Positions 8,511 through 18,824 of a stretch of DNA of 52,894 bases are shown here, piece after piece. A program made the position numbers and the translations under genes. The notes beneath the pieces were generated by a model. It had not been told where the DNA came from, searched no databases, and saw only the letters and a program-made list of their open reading frames with translations. Each line of letters begins with the position of its first letter. Within the stretch, counting starts at the first letter, position 1. Origin of the DNA: an uncultured Ruminococcus sp. (lineage in GTDB: Bacteria; Bacillota; Clostridia; Oscillospirales; Ruminococcaceae); the NCBI GenBank assembly GCA_964619105.1, contig CAZUDC010000001.1:1-52894 (forward strand). Reading direction: 5' to 3'.

Positions 8511-11500
8511 ACCCTTTGAACGAAAATGAAACAGTAACGGGAACAACGGCTCTTACGGAAAGCGTTACCGCTGTACCTGTCAGTGAAGTTGATGAAAATG
8601 CAGTTTCTGACACAGATGAAATGACGAAAGAAGCAATCACGGAAACCGAAAGTGTGGAAACCTCTCTTTCACTTCCCGAAGGCATTGATGCCGAAGCACT
8701 TGTATCGAGCATAGCTGCCGAGGGAGTATCGGAGGTAATGAGTGAGATCGATATCACGGAAGAAATTACTGTTGAAACCGAGGCAGTAACACAGCCTGTT
8801 GTTACAGAAGCGGCTGTTGTTACCGAGCAAATTTTATCGGAAACGGAGATTTCGGAAACTGCTGAAATTGAAGCAGAGAAAATAACCGAGGTTGAAGAAA
8901 CGGCTATTGAGGTGGCTGATGTTACGGAAGTTGTTGCAGTTCCCGAAACTCCGAATGGGGTAATGGGATTTGTGCAGAATAATCCCGCTGTTGTGGGTGT
9001 TCCTGCTGCCATAATCGCATTGGCAGCTGCTTTTCTTGCCATAACCCGCAGAACAAGACCCAAGCGTGGCATTATCGAAAATAACGATGATGTCAGGGAA
9101 AATATGAACGCCCGAGAGCGTGATGCGGCGAGGCTTGAAGCCAATAAGCCTAAGAAAAAGGACAAGCGCAGTCAGAAGGTGGCAAAGGAAAAGGAGAAGA
9201 AGGATTTTGCGAAAAAAGTCCTGAACACTATTCCTTACAAGAAAATCCTTGTCGATGATATATTTTTTCTCGGCAGGAAAATGTACTCCAAGGCTTACAC
9301 CTTTGATGATATAAACTTCAATCTTTCGGACGAAGAGCAGCAGTATATGTACCTTGAAAGATACATTGAATTTCTGTCAATTCTCGATGATACCGTTGAC
9401 TGTCAGATCTGCTGCTGGAACAGCCGCATAAACATTGACGATTTCAAGAAGAAAACCCTGCTCCCTCAGAAGGCAGATGACCTTTTTGAATATCGGTATG
9501 AGTTCAATTCGAGAGTGCTTGAAGAAAAAATCCGCAAGGGTCAAAACGCAATTCAGAAGCATATGTACATAACTCTGACTATCAAAGCACCCGATGAGGA
9601 AACAGCAAGACGCAGATTCAAGTCGCTGGATATAACTGCAACGAACACTTTTAATCGTATCGGGAATACAAATATGCGTGTTCTCACTTCTCAGGAGCGT
9701 GTGGAAATGCTCAAGGACTTTTTTGTTGGAACGGACGATATGCCTGTTCCGCAGCTTACCGAAAAGGATTTTGCAAAGGGCATTGACAAGCTGTACTGCG
9801 CTCCCGATTATTTTGACTTCAAAAAAGACTATTTCATGTTCAACAACACTTATGCCAAGACCATATATATTCGTGAATATCCGAGTACGGCAACCTCGGA
9901 AATTCTGACCGAGCTTCTTGCAACGGGCATTGAAATTATGGTGACGACCAACATCGAAACCTATGACAGCGCCGAAGCCCGTAAACTTGTTCAGCATCAG
10001 ATAACGGCTATTGATACGGATATGGCCAAGCGTGAGGTCAAGGCGGCGCAGCACGGTAATTTCAGCAATCAGATGCCCCAGCGCATAAAAAATCAGCGTG
10101 ATGCAATGGTGTCGGTTTATGACAAGATCACAATGAAGGACCAGAAGCTTTTTATGACCAATATGCAGATACTTATCAAGGCGGAATCCTATGAGGAGCT
10201 TAACAATAACCTTGAAATTATCGAAAGCACTCTGAAAAGAAGCGGCTGCATAAAGGGCGAAATGGCGTGGGAGCAGGAGCACGGAATGTGTGACTGTTTA
10301 CCTGTGGGCTATCAGAGAAAATTCGACTGGCTGCGTACAATGCCCTCGGAATCGGTGGCGATATTCATTCCTTTCAACGTTAAGGAAATGCAGATGGAGA
10401 ACAGCGTGTACTACGGTCTGAATATGCTGTCCCACAACATTATTCTTTTCGACCGTATGAAAGGGCTTGTAAATCCATCGGGATTTGTTCTTGCCTGCCC
10501 GGGTTCGGGTAAGTCATTCACGGTCAAGCGAGAGATCGTCAATGTTTTCCTCGGCTATGAGGACGCAGACATTCTTGTAATTGACCCCGAGCGTGAATAT
10601 TGGAAGCTGGCGGAGGCATTCGGCGGTGAGGTAGTCAAGTTCAGCAACGGTTCCAAGAATCATATCAACCCATTTGATTTTGACTTCCGACTTCTTGAAG
10701 ATGAAGAGATCGACATTATTGCCGACAAGTGCCAGCTGCTCACATCATTCATTTCGTGTATGGACAGCAAGCACCCACTGAACGCACAGGAAAAATCCTT
10801 TGTTGACCGCTGCGTTCGTAAGGCTTATGCAAAATCCAATGTTCTTACAACCCTTGATCCTGCGGATATGCCTACTCTGGGAACATTCCTTGAATGTATG
10901 AAAGAAGAGACTGAGAACATCAATCAAGATATGAAAGACAAGCTGATAATTACCGTAGATATGTACGTTAATGGTTCGGCAAAGTATTTCGACAATCAGA
11001 CCAATGTCAATACAAAGAGCAGATTTATTGCTTATGACATTCGTGACCTTAACGGAAATCTGAAAACGCAGTCAATGCTGCTTATCCTTGATTACTTCTG
11101 GAACAGGCTTTCCGAGAACAGAGATAAGGGCAGAAAGACATACATCTATTTCGATGAAGCACACCTGTTGTTCCAGGACGAGTATTCACTTGATTATCTG
11201 AGAATGCTTTGGAAACGTGCGAGAAAGTACGGCGGTGTATTGACGGGCATTACGCAGAATGTTGAAGATCTGCTGAAAGATGATAAGTCACGTTCAATGC
11301 TCAGTAACTCAGAATTTCTTGTGCTTTTAAAGCAGAACCCCACAGTTGCGGCAAAGCTTCAGGACATTCTTCATTTCACAGATTCTGAAATTCAGTATGT
11401 GAATGATACACCTGAGGGACACGGAATTTTGGTGCTGGGCGGAAAGACAAAGATTCCGTTCTATGATGAGTTCCCCAAGGATACCAAGCTTTATTCGATG

Positions 11501-11575
11501 ATGACCACCAATTTCAGCGAGACCGCAAAAATGCTTCAGGAAGAGCAGGCACAAAAGGAAGCGGAAGCTTCATAA
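8507..11575 (+). CDS. VirB4-like conjugal-transfer ATPase with an extra roughly 200-aa acidic N-terminal region and a TM helix
   Basis: A Walker A motif CPGSGKSF lies at 10502-10516. FDEAHLLF serves as Walker B. The TM helix AVVGVPAAIIALAAAFLAIT (8986-9045) is followed by RRTRPKRG. A basic stretch (KKKDKRSQK...) resembling the usual VirB4 N-terminus follows an in-frame ATG at 9104. Confidence 0.85.
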   Translation: MNPLNENETVTGTTALTESVTAVPVSEVDENAVSDTDEMTKEAITETESVETSLSLPEGIDAEALVSSIAAEGVSEVMSEIDITEEITVETEAVTQPVVTEAAVVTEQILSETEISETAEIEAEKITEVEETAIEVADVTEVVAVPETPNGVMGFVQNNPAVVGVPAAIIALAAAFLAITRRTRPKRGIIENNDDVRENMNARERDAARLEANKPKKKDKRSQKVAKEKEKKDFAKKVLNTIPYKKILVDDIFFLGRKMYSKAYTFDDINFNLSDEEQQYMYLERYIEFLSILDDTVDCQICCWNSRINIDDFKKKTLLPQKADDLFEYRYEFNSRVLEEKIRKGQNAIQKHMYITLTIKAPDEETARRRFKSLDITATNTFNRIGNTNMRVLTSQERVEMLKDFFVGTDDMPVPQLTEKDFAKGIDKLYCAPDYFDFKKDYFMFNNTYAKTIYIREYPSTATSEILTELLATGIEIMVTTNIETYDSAEARKLVQHQITAIDTDMAKREVKAAQHGNFSNQMPQRIKNQRDAMVSVYDKITMKDQKLFMTNMQILIKAESYEELNNNLEIIESTLKRSGCIKGEMAWEQEHGMCDCLPVGYQRKFDWLRTMPSESVAIFIPFNVKEMQMENSVYYGLNMLSHNIILFDRMKGLVNPSGFVLACPGSGKSFTVKREIVNVFLGYEDADILVIDPEREYWKLAEAFGGEVVKFSNGSKNHINPFDFDFRLLEDEEIDIIADKCQLLTSFISCMDSKHPLNAQEKSFVDRCVRKAYAKSNVLTTLDPADMPTLGTFLECMKEETENINQDMKDKLIITVDMYVNGSAKYFDNQTNVNTKSRFIAYDIRDLNGNLKTQSMLLILDYFWNRLSENRDKGRKTYIYFDEAHLLFQDEYSLDYLRMLWKRARKYGGVLTGITQNVEDLLKDDKSRSMLSNSEFLVLLKQNPTVAAKLQDILHFTDSEIQYVNDTPEGHGILVLGGKTKIPFYDEFPKDTKLYSMMTTNFSETAKMLQEEQAQKEAEAS

Positions 11576-11596
11576 CGAAAGAGAGGGAGATGTTTT

Positions 11597-14218
11597 ATGC
11601 CAACAGTTGACCGCAAAAATGATACTGATGAAAAGCACTCCCTTTCCTCTTTTGATAAGAGAAAGGTGCAGAGCGTGACCTTTGGGGCAAGGCAGATTGA
11701 CAGGAAAAAGTACAGAGTTGTGAAGCACGGGTACGGTACTGTCGCAGCGCAAAATGTGAGTGCTTCGTTGGTGAATAATACAAACTCGGACGAACCTACA
11801 ACTTTTAAGAATAATTCCGCAAAACCTGATATTCACAATTTTATACATCAAGGAAATGCTGAAAGCAAGGCTAATACGAGCAATTCGGTTATTCCTTCCG
11901 AAGCCGCACAGCGTATGCAGAGGGCAGAGTATATTCGTCAGATGAATAATGAGAGTATTTCTCGTAATATTTCTTCGGCAAAATATTTTTCGGAAGAAGA
12001 AACCGTTTCAACCGAAAATGCAAAATCTGTTGAAATGAATTTATGTTCAGACTGTGAAAAAAAGGGCAACACAATTCCTTTGGAAAAGCGATCTGAAATA
12101 CCCGAACATCAAAACGACATTTCTCCCGAAACAGCTCTCCGAATGAAACGTGCGGCATTCCTTGCACAGCAGAATAAAGAAGCCATAATGCTGAATACGG
12201 CAACGGTGATTTCCGATGAAACCGAAACGGAAAAAACGTCTGAAATTCCTGCTGATGTATTTTCTGAAAATAAGGAGAACAAACCCGAAAACAGGGAACC
12301 TTCTTTTGAAAGCCGTTTTACTGGCAATTCGGAAAATATTTCTGTCGGTGAAAAATCCGATGAACGGCACAGCTTTGCTGTAAACCAAGCTTACGAAAAG
12401 CACAGGGAAAATGTCCGCAGAAAGCAGCACGAAAATGCCGAAAAGAGCAGTGTTCTTGATAACATTTCTCAGACTGCGGATATTGCGGGAAAGCTTGCGC
12501 ACGGTGAGGTTGGCAAGGTTGCTGCGGATATTGTTGTGAGAAATGCGCTTTCCGAAAATGGATTGCGTGATACAGCACAGACTATCGGAAATGCTGTCAG
12601 CGGTTCGGCTTCCGTCGAATCGGCTGTTCCCGATGTTTCAGCAACTCTTGCCGCTGTCGAAGCCAAGAAATTTGTTGCAAAAATTATGAAAGGCGAGAGT
12701 TCCGAAAAGGACAAAAGGTTCGTTGAAGAACACAAAGCCAATGGCAGAACAAAATATGTTGATCCCGACAAGGAACGGCACAGGGTCGAACACCGCATTT
12801 CGGATAATGAGGAAATTTCGGAAGATATGTCCCGTGAGGAGCGCAGAAATTTTCTGCATAATAAGCGAGTTGCGGAAAAGCAGAAGTCATTTTATGCGGA
12901 CCGTATGCAGACCAAGCGTAAAAACAAGCAGAAGGAAATGTTTCTTGAATTTAACAGGGACAATCCCGAGCTTGTTTCAAATTCCGCAAAGGGTGCGGGA
13001 AAGCGTTATGTGAAGAAAAAAGCGGCAAAGGCTCTTATAGGCGGCGGTGCGGCTGCGGCAGCATTTCCAATCATTATTGTTATCATAATTTTTGCTGTAA
13101 TTGCAGCATTTTTCGGCTGGCTCTCGCCCTTTGATTACACTCTTGCAGGTGATGAGGGTGAGGAAGATGACAGAAAATATACTGCCGAAAGCAACGCAGA
13201 GGTCATTGACGGCTACACAAAAATGATAAAAAACTTTATGGACGTTTCCCAGGCATATTACTATCTGAATTACGGTGACTGGTACGGCGGTACATACGAT
13301 TATCCTGCACCCGATCTGAGCTTCTCGGAATTCTTCAGCGAATACTGTCAAAATATAGTCAGCGAGATCCGGTCGCAGTTTTCCGCAAGTATGGCGGCGG
13401 CTAAAAATGACAGGGAACGTGCTGCGATAGCTCAGGCAATGAGCAGGGCAATATCCGAAGCCATTGATGCGGCAATGCCGCAGGCTCTTGCAGAGTATAA
13501 CGCACTTATGGAAAGCCTTGATGATTCAATGTCCGCCGAAACAAAGCGGCAGCATTATGAAACCAAGAATAAAGGCGGCACAAACGGCTGTGCAGACTCG
13601 GCAGAATTTACGGGAATGCCCATAGTTGGAACAAATCAATTCGGAAATGTTGAGATAAACAGCTCATTATCCGCAGAGGAGCTTCTTGCTTATATTGCGC
13701 TTTATAAATCAATGAACATAATAGCTCCAGATGAAAATGATCCCGATGCGGAGCAGATACTTAACATCACTCCGCAGGATATAATGAATTTCCTTAAGGA
13801 AACGGAGTTCATAAAGATAACCTCGGAGGTCACGCACCATAATTTTTGCGGCGGACAAAACTGCAAGCGTCGGCTTGTCGATAAGTCCTGGGAGTATTAC
13901 TGTGACGGAGATCACGACAATCTGACCGGTGAGATAGGCGATTGCCTGACGGCAGATGAGCTTCGGAAAAAGATTATGGAAATAACCGATTCGGAAGCCA
14001 ACGGCGTTGATGAGAAGAGCTTTAAAAAGCTTATTGAGGAATATATGAAGCTCATAAAAAAGGAGCTGGATATTACCGAAGCCGATTTCCGAAAATTCGG
14101 TGCTTCGGATAATGCAAAAGCGTGGGAGTTTTATCAGAAGCTTATTGACAGCGGAGAGATACCCAACAATTACTGGAGCGTAAGTACGCCGATAGGCGGG
14201 GAGGAGAGCAATGAATAA
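11597..14218 (+). CDS. Large TM-anchored transfer protein (873 aa); no hydrolase domain recognised
   Basis: The RBS is GAGGGAG. A central TM segment is GGGAAAAAFPIIIVIIIFAVIAAFFGW. A Cys/His cluster is HHNFCGGQNCKRR...YYCDGDHD. It sits after VirB4, where Firmicutes ICEs usually carry a TM-anchored cell-wall hydrolase. Confidence 0.6.
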   Translation: MPTVDRKNDTDEKHSLSSFDKRKVQSVTFGARQIDRKKYRVVKHGYGTVAAQNVSASLVNNTNSDEPTTFKNNSAKPDIHNFIHQGNAESKANTSNSVIPSEAAQRMQRAEYIRQMNNESISRNISSAKYFSEEETVSTENAKSVEMNLCSDCEKKGNTIPLEKRSEIPEHQNDISPETALRMKRAAFLAQQNKEAIMLNTATVISDETETEKTSEIPADVFSENKENKPENREPSFESRFTGNSENISVGEKSDERHSFAVNQAYEKHRENVRRKQHENAEKSSVLDNISQTADIAGKLAHGEVGKVAADIVVRNALSENGLRDTAQTIGNAVSGSASVESAVPDVSATLAAVEAKKFVAKIMKGESSEKDKRFVEEHKANGRTKYVDPDKERHRVEHRISDNEEISEDMSREERRNFLHNKRVAEKQKSFYADRMQTKRKNKQKEMFLEFNRDNPELVSNSAKGAGKRYVKKKAAKALIGGGAAAAAFPIIIVIIIFAVIAAFFGWLSPFDYTLAGDEGEEDDRKYTAESNAEVIDGYTKMIKNFMDVSQAYYYLNYGDWYGGTYDYPAPDLSFSEFFSEYCQNIVSEIRSQFSASMAAAKNDRERAAIAQAMSRAISEAIDAAMPQALAEYNALMESLDDSMSAETKRQHYETKNKGGTNGCADSAEFTGMPIVGTNQFGNVEINSSLSAEELLAYIALYKSMNIIAPDENDPDAEQILNITPQDIMNFLKETEFIKITSEVTHHNFCGGQNCKRRLVDKSWEYYCDGDHDNLTGEIGDCLTADELRKKIMEITDSEANGVDEKSFKKLIEEYMKLIKKELDITEADFRKFGASDNAKAWEFYQKLIDSGEIPNNYWSVSTPIGGEESNE

Positions 14219-14525
14219 TCCGTTTGGAAAAGTGAAAGTATGGATAGGTAAAAATAAAAAGGAAGAGTGGTTTAAGCCCGTGCTTGCAATTATTATTCTG
14301 ACCGTACTGGCATTCGGTGCGGTCAGCTGGCGCAGGTGGCAGGACGAAAAAGAAAATACGCCTGAACGGTCTGAGACCGAACAGGCGGAAGAATCTCTTA
14401 TTGAGGAAATATGGGACGACAGCAAGCTGCATCTTGCGATGTTTGTATCGCTTTCCGCTGCCTTGCTTGCGGTGGAGCATAGTAAGAACAGGCTGAAACA
14501 GACTGGCGGGAGAAAAGAAAAGTAA
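14211..14525 (+). CDS. Small single-pass membrane protein (104 aa)
   Basis: The ATG overlaps the end of the upstream gene, and the RBS GGGGAGGAG lies inside that gene. A TM helix is PVLAIIILTVLAFGAV. Confidence 0.5.
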   Translation: MNNPFGKVKVWIGKNKKEEWFKPVLAIIILTVLAFGAVSWRRWQDEKENTPERSETEQAEESLIEEIWDDSKLHLAMFVSLSAALLAVEHSKNRLKQTGGRKEK

Positions 14526-14575
14526 TCTGATTATCTGTCAAGAGGCAAATAAACATTCAAGAAAGGACTGATTCT

Positions 14576-16912
14576 ATGCAGCTAATCATAAGCGAAAAGC
14601 CGTCCACAGCCAAAACAATAGCAGAAGTTGTGGGCGCAAACGAGAAAGAATATGACGGAAAGGAGTTCTGCTATAAATGCAATGGATATTACGTTGTCAA
14701 TGCCCGAGGACATCTTTACAGTTTGGGAATGCCCGAGGATTACGGGTACAGCAAGGCTTACAAACTGGACGAGCTGCCGATGTTCCCAACATTTGAGCTT
14801 TTCCCCGAATGTGTCAGTACAAACGGACTTCGCAGAATAATTGCAAAGCTCATAAATCTTCCCGAAGTGGAGTCAATAATCTGCGCAACGGACGCAGGGC
14901 GTGAGGGTGAGCTTATCTTCCGTCACATTTATCATGCGAATAAATGCACCAAGCCCGTTTATCGTCTTTGGTGCAATTCAATGACCGATGAAGCAATCAG
15001 AAAGTGTATGGAAAATCTTATGCCCGACAGCAATTTTGACGGTGAGTATGAAGCTGCATTTGCGAGGGAGCAGTCGGACTGGCTTATCGGTATGAATTTA
15101 TCCCGCCTTTACGGTGTAATGGATAACTACCCTCACAGAGTAGGAAGAGTGAAAACTCCCGTGCTTTCAATTATTGCCCAGAGAGATAATGAAATTGAAA
15201 AGTTTTCAAAATCCACATTATACCGTCTTGAAACAGATAACGGTGCGGTTTCCGAACAGGTATTTGCATCAAAGGACGAAGCGGAAAAGATGCTTGCGGC
15301 AAGCAAGGGTACAGATATGAATGTTCAGTCTGCCGTTACGGAAAATAAGAGCAAAAACCGACCGCTTCTCCATAGTCTGACTACCTTGCAGCAGGAAGCG
15401 AACAGGGTGTACGGATATACCGCAAAGGAAGTCCTTGAAGCGGCGCAGAGCCTTTATGAAAAGAAATTTACAACATATCCCCGAACCGACTGTAACTACA
15501 TTTCCGAGGATATGCGTGGAAAGATAATTACTGTTGTCAGCAAAATGGTTGAGCGTGAGGAATATTCCGAGCGCAGCCGAAAGCTTTTGGGACAGGCTCT
15601 CAATTTTGACAGTAGGATCATCAATGACAAGGCAATGGAGGGTCACGATCATCACGCCATTATCCCCGAAGAAAATACGGACAGCCTTGACAGACTTACC
15701 GAGCGTGAGAGAAATATTTATCATCTCGTAGTCAATCGTCTGCTTTGCGCTTTGGATAAGCCATACTCATACGAAGAAACAAGCTATGAATTTTGGTGCA
15801 ATGATATTACATACAAGTTGAAAACTATCAAACCTTTGGAGCTTGGTTGGAAAGCATACGATACCGAAGCCAATGAAGCAAATGCTTCCGAATTATCATT
15901 CGCCGAGGGCAGTACATTCATTCCCAAAGATATTCATATCAAGGTGTGTGAAACTCAGCCGCCAAAACACTATACCGATGCCAGTTTGCTTTCGGTAATG
16001 AACAATATCGACAACCGCATTGATGATGAGCTTCTGAAAACTGCGGTCAAGGGAAAAGGTATCGGAACGGAAGCCACAAGAGCAGATGTTATTGAACAGC
16101 TTATCGAAGTGGGCTATGCGGAGAGAAAAGGAAAGAATATCGTTTCAACTCCATTGGGCAGAGATTTTGTAAATTCGCTGCCCGAAAGTCTTAAATCCCT
16201 TGAAAGAACTGCGGAGTGGGAGCAGACCTTTAATAATATCAAGGAAAAGGGCTTTGATTCGGCAAAATTTCTTGATGAAATAAAGGCGTTTGTTACGTCT
16301 GTTGTAAATTATGAAAAAAATCCTTCAAGGCACAGAGAACCGCTGAAATACTGTAATCCAAATAGGCGTGAGCCTGGCGGTGTTTGCCCACGATGCGGAA
16401 AGAATATTTTCGAGGGTGAGAAGAATTTCTACTGCGAATCGGGTAAGGACGGCTGCGGTTTTACTGTCTGGAAGAATGACAAATTCATTGAGGACAACAT
16501 TTCGGCAGACAATATGAAAAATCTGCTTATCGGAAAGTCTGTAAAGCTCAGAGCAAGATCCAAGGACGGAAAGCTCTACACATCTGAATATGTGCTTGAT
16601 GACACAGGAAAATATGTCAATCTGAAAAGAGTTCAGACAGAGAAAATCTCTCTCGGCAAATGCCCGAAATGCGGCGGTGATGTATATGAGGGCGAAAAGA
16701 ATTTCTATTGCAGCGCAGGCAGGGATAAATGCGATTTTTCCATTTGGAAGGAAGATAGATTCAATTCCATAACCATAACTGCTGCCAATGTAAAAGACGT
16801 ACTTGAGGGCAAGCCTTTCTACAAGGTCAGGAAACAGGTGGGCGGCAATCCGATGAAAATAAAGTATGTTATGAGCATAAACGGAAAGTACGTTAATTTT
16901 CGGGAGGCATAA
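14576..16912 (+). CDS. topB: DNA topoisomerase III with two C-terminal zinc-ribbon repeats
   Basis: The Toprim start is MQLIISEKPS with ATDAGREGELIF. The active-site region is TYPRTDCNYIS. There are two copies of CP(R/K)CG..(F/Y)EGEKNFYC....C.F..WK. Confidence 0.9.
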   Translation: MQLIISEKPSTAKTIAEVVGANEKEYDGKEFCYKCNGYYVVNARGHLYSLGMPEDYGYSKAYKLDELPMFPTFELFPECVSTNGLRRIIAKLINLPEVESIICATDAGREGELIFRHIYHANKCTKPVYRLWCNSMTDEAIRKCMENLMPDSNFDGEYEAAFAREQSDWLIGMNLSRLYGVMDNYPHRVGRVKTPVLSIIAQRDNEIEKFSKSTLYRLETDNGAVSEQVFASKDEAEKMLAASKGTDMNVQSAVTENKSKNRPLLHSLTTLQQEANRVYGYTAKEVLEAAQSLYEKKFTTYPRTDCNYISEDMRGKIITVVSKMVEREEYSERSRKLLGQALNFDSRIINDKAMEGHDHHAIIPEENTDSLDRLTERERNIYHLVVNRLLCALDKPYSYEETSYEFWCNDITYKLKTIKPLELGWKAYDTEANEANASELSFAEGSTFIPKDIHIKVCETQPPKHYTDASLLSVMNNIDNRIDDELLKTAVKGKGIGTEATRADVIEQLIEVGYAERKGKNIVSTPLGRDFVNSLPESLKSLERTAEWEQTFNNIKEKGFDSAKFLDEIKAFVTSVVNYEKNPSRHREPLKYCNPNRREPGGVCPRCGKNIFEGEKNFYCESGKDGCGFTVWKNDKFIEDNISADNMKNLLIGKSVKLRARSKDGKLYTSEYVLDDTGKYVNLKRVQTEKISLGKCPKCGGDVYEGEKNFYCSAGRDKCDFSIWKEDRFNSITITAANVKDVLEGKPFYKVRKQVGGNPMKIKYVMSINGKYVNFREA

Positions 16913-17014
16913 CAAAAAATCAAAGATTTTTTTGCTCCGAGTTTTGCTTCTTCGGCTGTCGCCTCGATTTGCTTCACAAACCGCAAAACTCTAACAGAAA
17001 GGAATGATGATTTG

Positions 17015-18499
17015 ATGAAAGAAGTCAATCTGTACAAATACTGCGGCTCTTCTCAGATGAAAGAAAAGCTTTGGCGGGATATGTTCATTGCCCACATTTT
17101 CGGTGTGGATATGCCCGAAAACATAGAAGTCCGCAGACTTCCCGAAAACATAAAGACGGGAATTGCTTCAAAGGAGTTTTCTCCTGCTCTCGCTTCGCTG
17201 CTTATCCTTTACGGCGGCGGATATATTGATGATGATTCCTTTATCCGCATAATGTCTGACTGCGACAATTACGCCGATGAGATCGCAGAGGTCGAAAATA
17301 TTCTTGTTGAGCAGGGCAATGACGAAAACGAAGATAAATTCAACGGGAATATCATCAGGAATGTTCTTATGTGCGCTGTAAATTCAAAGAAATATGACGA
17401 GATCCAGCAGATAGATATTCGGTCTGCGCTGGCTCTTTATGACAGCCAATACACGGTTATCATTGACGGATTTGTTCATCTGAAAGACAAGGAATATCTT
17501 GCGATGCTGACCGAAAACAATATGGAATTTGCGGCTGTTACGGAAGAAAACAAAACATATTCTCTTGAAAAGCTCAGGAAAGAGGATCTGACCAATGCGC
17601 TTGAAAGCGGAGATTTCAATGATCTGAAAGAGTTTACCGAAAAGCTTCTCAGGGGTGAAAAGCCGCAGAAGTATTCAATAAAGGAATGTGTTTTGCTTGA
17701 TATAAAGGACATTGCATATCTTACGGCGGTGTACAAAAAGCCGTATTACAAGGATTTTCTGAAATATGTCCGGTCGGAGAATATACCCTTTGACGGCGAT
17801 TTTATCAATGCTTATGAGGAATATATCCATAGGTGTAAAATGAAATTCACAATAAGGGTATATCCACGCAGACGGAGAATATGTACGAAATTTTCCTGCT
17901 GGTTTGACTATAATGTTCCCGAAAACACGGCACTTGAAACCTTTGAAGATGACCTCACCGAGGTTGTCGGAAAAGATGCCGAATATGATGAAGTCAAGCT
18001 CACAAATCTTTCGTTGGGAAGATACCTTCGTGACAGGGCTATGATCCCCGAAACGGTTCTGGAGGTCACACATGGGGACAATGTATATTTCTTCATTATG
18101 AAAAACGACAGGGATTATGATCGGCTTGATAATGATACTTTCCGCAGGATACCTTTTGATTTTGATAATATCTGGACTACGATTTCCGAGTGGTCAAGGG
18201 ATAAAAAGCTGCGCAAGGAGCTTGTTGACGGCAAGGCGAAAATTATCGTGACACCCGAATCCGAGTGGGAAAAGATCGAACCGCAGGACAGGGAATATGC
18301 CAAGCGGCTTATTGAAGAGCAGATACGGCTCAAAGAGGAACAGCTCAACAAAAATAAATTTATGCAGAAGCTTTGCGAGTTGAAAAGCAATGCACAGACC
18401 GAGCTTAAAAACAAGCAGGTGCAGGCAGAAGAAATGAAGCGGAAAAAGGCTGATTTCAAGAACAGCCAAAACAACAGAAAGGACGGTGTTAATGCCTGA
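17015..18499 (+). CDS. Hypothetical protein (494 aa) with a C-terminal coiled coil
   Basis: A long ORF in the transfer block with an ATG at 17015, one codon after the listed TTG. No motif was recognised. Confidence 0.5.
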   Translation: MKEVNLYKYCGSSQMKEKLWRDMFIAHIFGVDMPENIEVRRLPENIKTGIASKEFSPALASLLILYGGGYIDDDSFIRIMSDCDNYADEIAEVENILVEQGNDENEDKFNGNIIRNVLMCAVNSKKYDEIQQIDIRSALALYDSQYTVIIDGFVHLKDKEYLAMLTENNMEFAAVTEENKTYSLEKLRKEDLTNALESGDFNDLKEFTEKLLRGEKPQKYSIKECVLLDIKDIAYLTAVYKKPYYKDFLKYVRSENIPFDGDFINAYEEYIHRCKMKFTIRVYPRRRRICTKFSCWFDYNVPENTALETFEDDLTEVVGKDAEYDEVKLTNLSLGRYLRDRAMIPETVLEVTHGDNVYFFIMKNDRDYDRLDNDTFRRIPFDFDNIWTTISEWSRDKKLRKELVDGKAKIIVTPESEWEKIEPQDREYAKRLIEEQIRLKEEQLNKNKFMQKLCELKSNAQTELKNKQVQAEEMKRKKADFKNSQNNRKDGVNA

Positions 18500-18810
18500 T
18501 GAAATTATTCATTCTTGAAGAAAAGCGCAATGTGCATATCCGCATTTACGGCATTGGCGGAGAGCAGCGGACAAAGGAATTTTTTGATGCTGTTTTTGTG
18601 AATATGCCTTGTATCTATCCCACTGCCGATGATGAAAAATCGGCTTACGGAACAGATGCGGAATACACCTTTGAAAGCAGGGCGGCATTCGATAAATTCT
18701 GCGAGTTTCTTGAACCGCTTCAGGAAACACTTGATAAAATTGCCGAAGCAATTATCGAGGGGGACGCTGCGGAGGAATACAGCTTTGAATATGAAAATTA
18801 CATTGTCTGA
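18499..18810 (+). CDS. Small acidic hypothetical protein (103 aa)
   Basis: The start overlaps the upstream stop as TGATG. The composition is D/E-rich. Confidence 0.5.
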   Translation: MKLFILEEKRNVHIRIYGIGGEQRTKEFFDAVFVNMPCIYPTADDEKSAYGTDAEYTFESRAAFDKFCEFLEPLQETLDKIAEAIIEGDAAEEYSFEYENYIV

Positions 18811-18824
18811 ACGGAGGAACATAA

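Noticed and set aside
8930-9075. A possible LPXTG-type cell-wall sorting signal: VPETPNG, then a hydrophobic helix, then RRTRPKRG.
   Set aside because: The motif is not a canonical LPxTG and there is no N-terminal signal peptide. The reading frame also continues for 800 aa into a cytoplasmic ATPase, whereas a sorting signal must be C-terminal.
8434-9165. A 243-aa Ser/Thr/Ala-rich minus-strand ORF.
   Set aside because: It is the antisense shadow of the acidic T/E/V-rich low-complexity region of the VirB4 ORF. It has no RBS, and the plus-strand frame continues into a bona fide ATPase.
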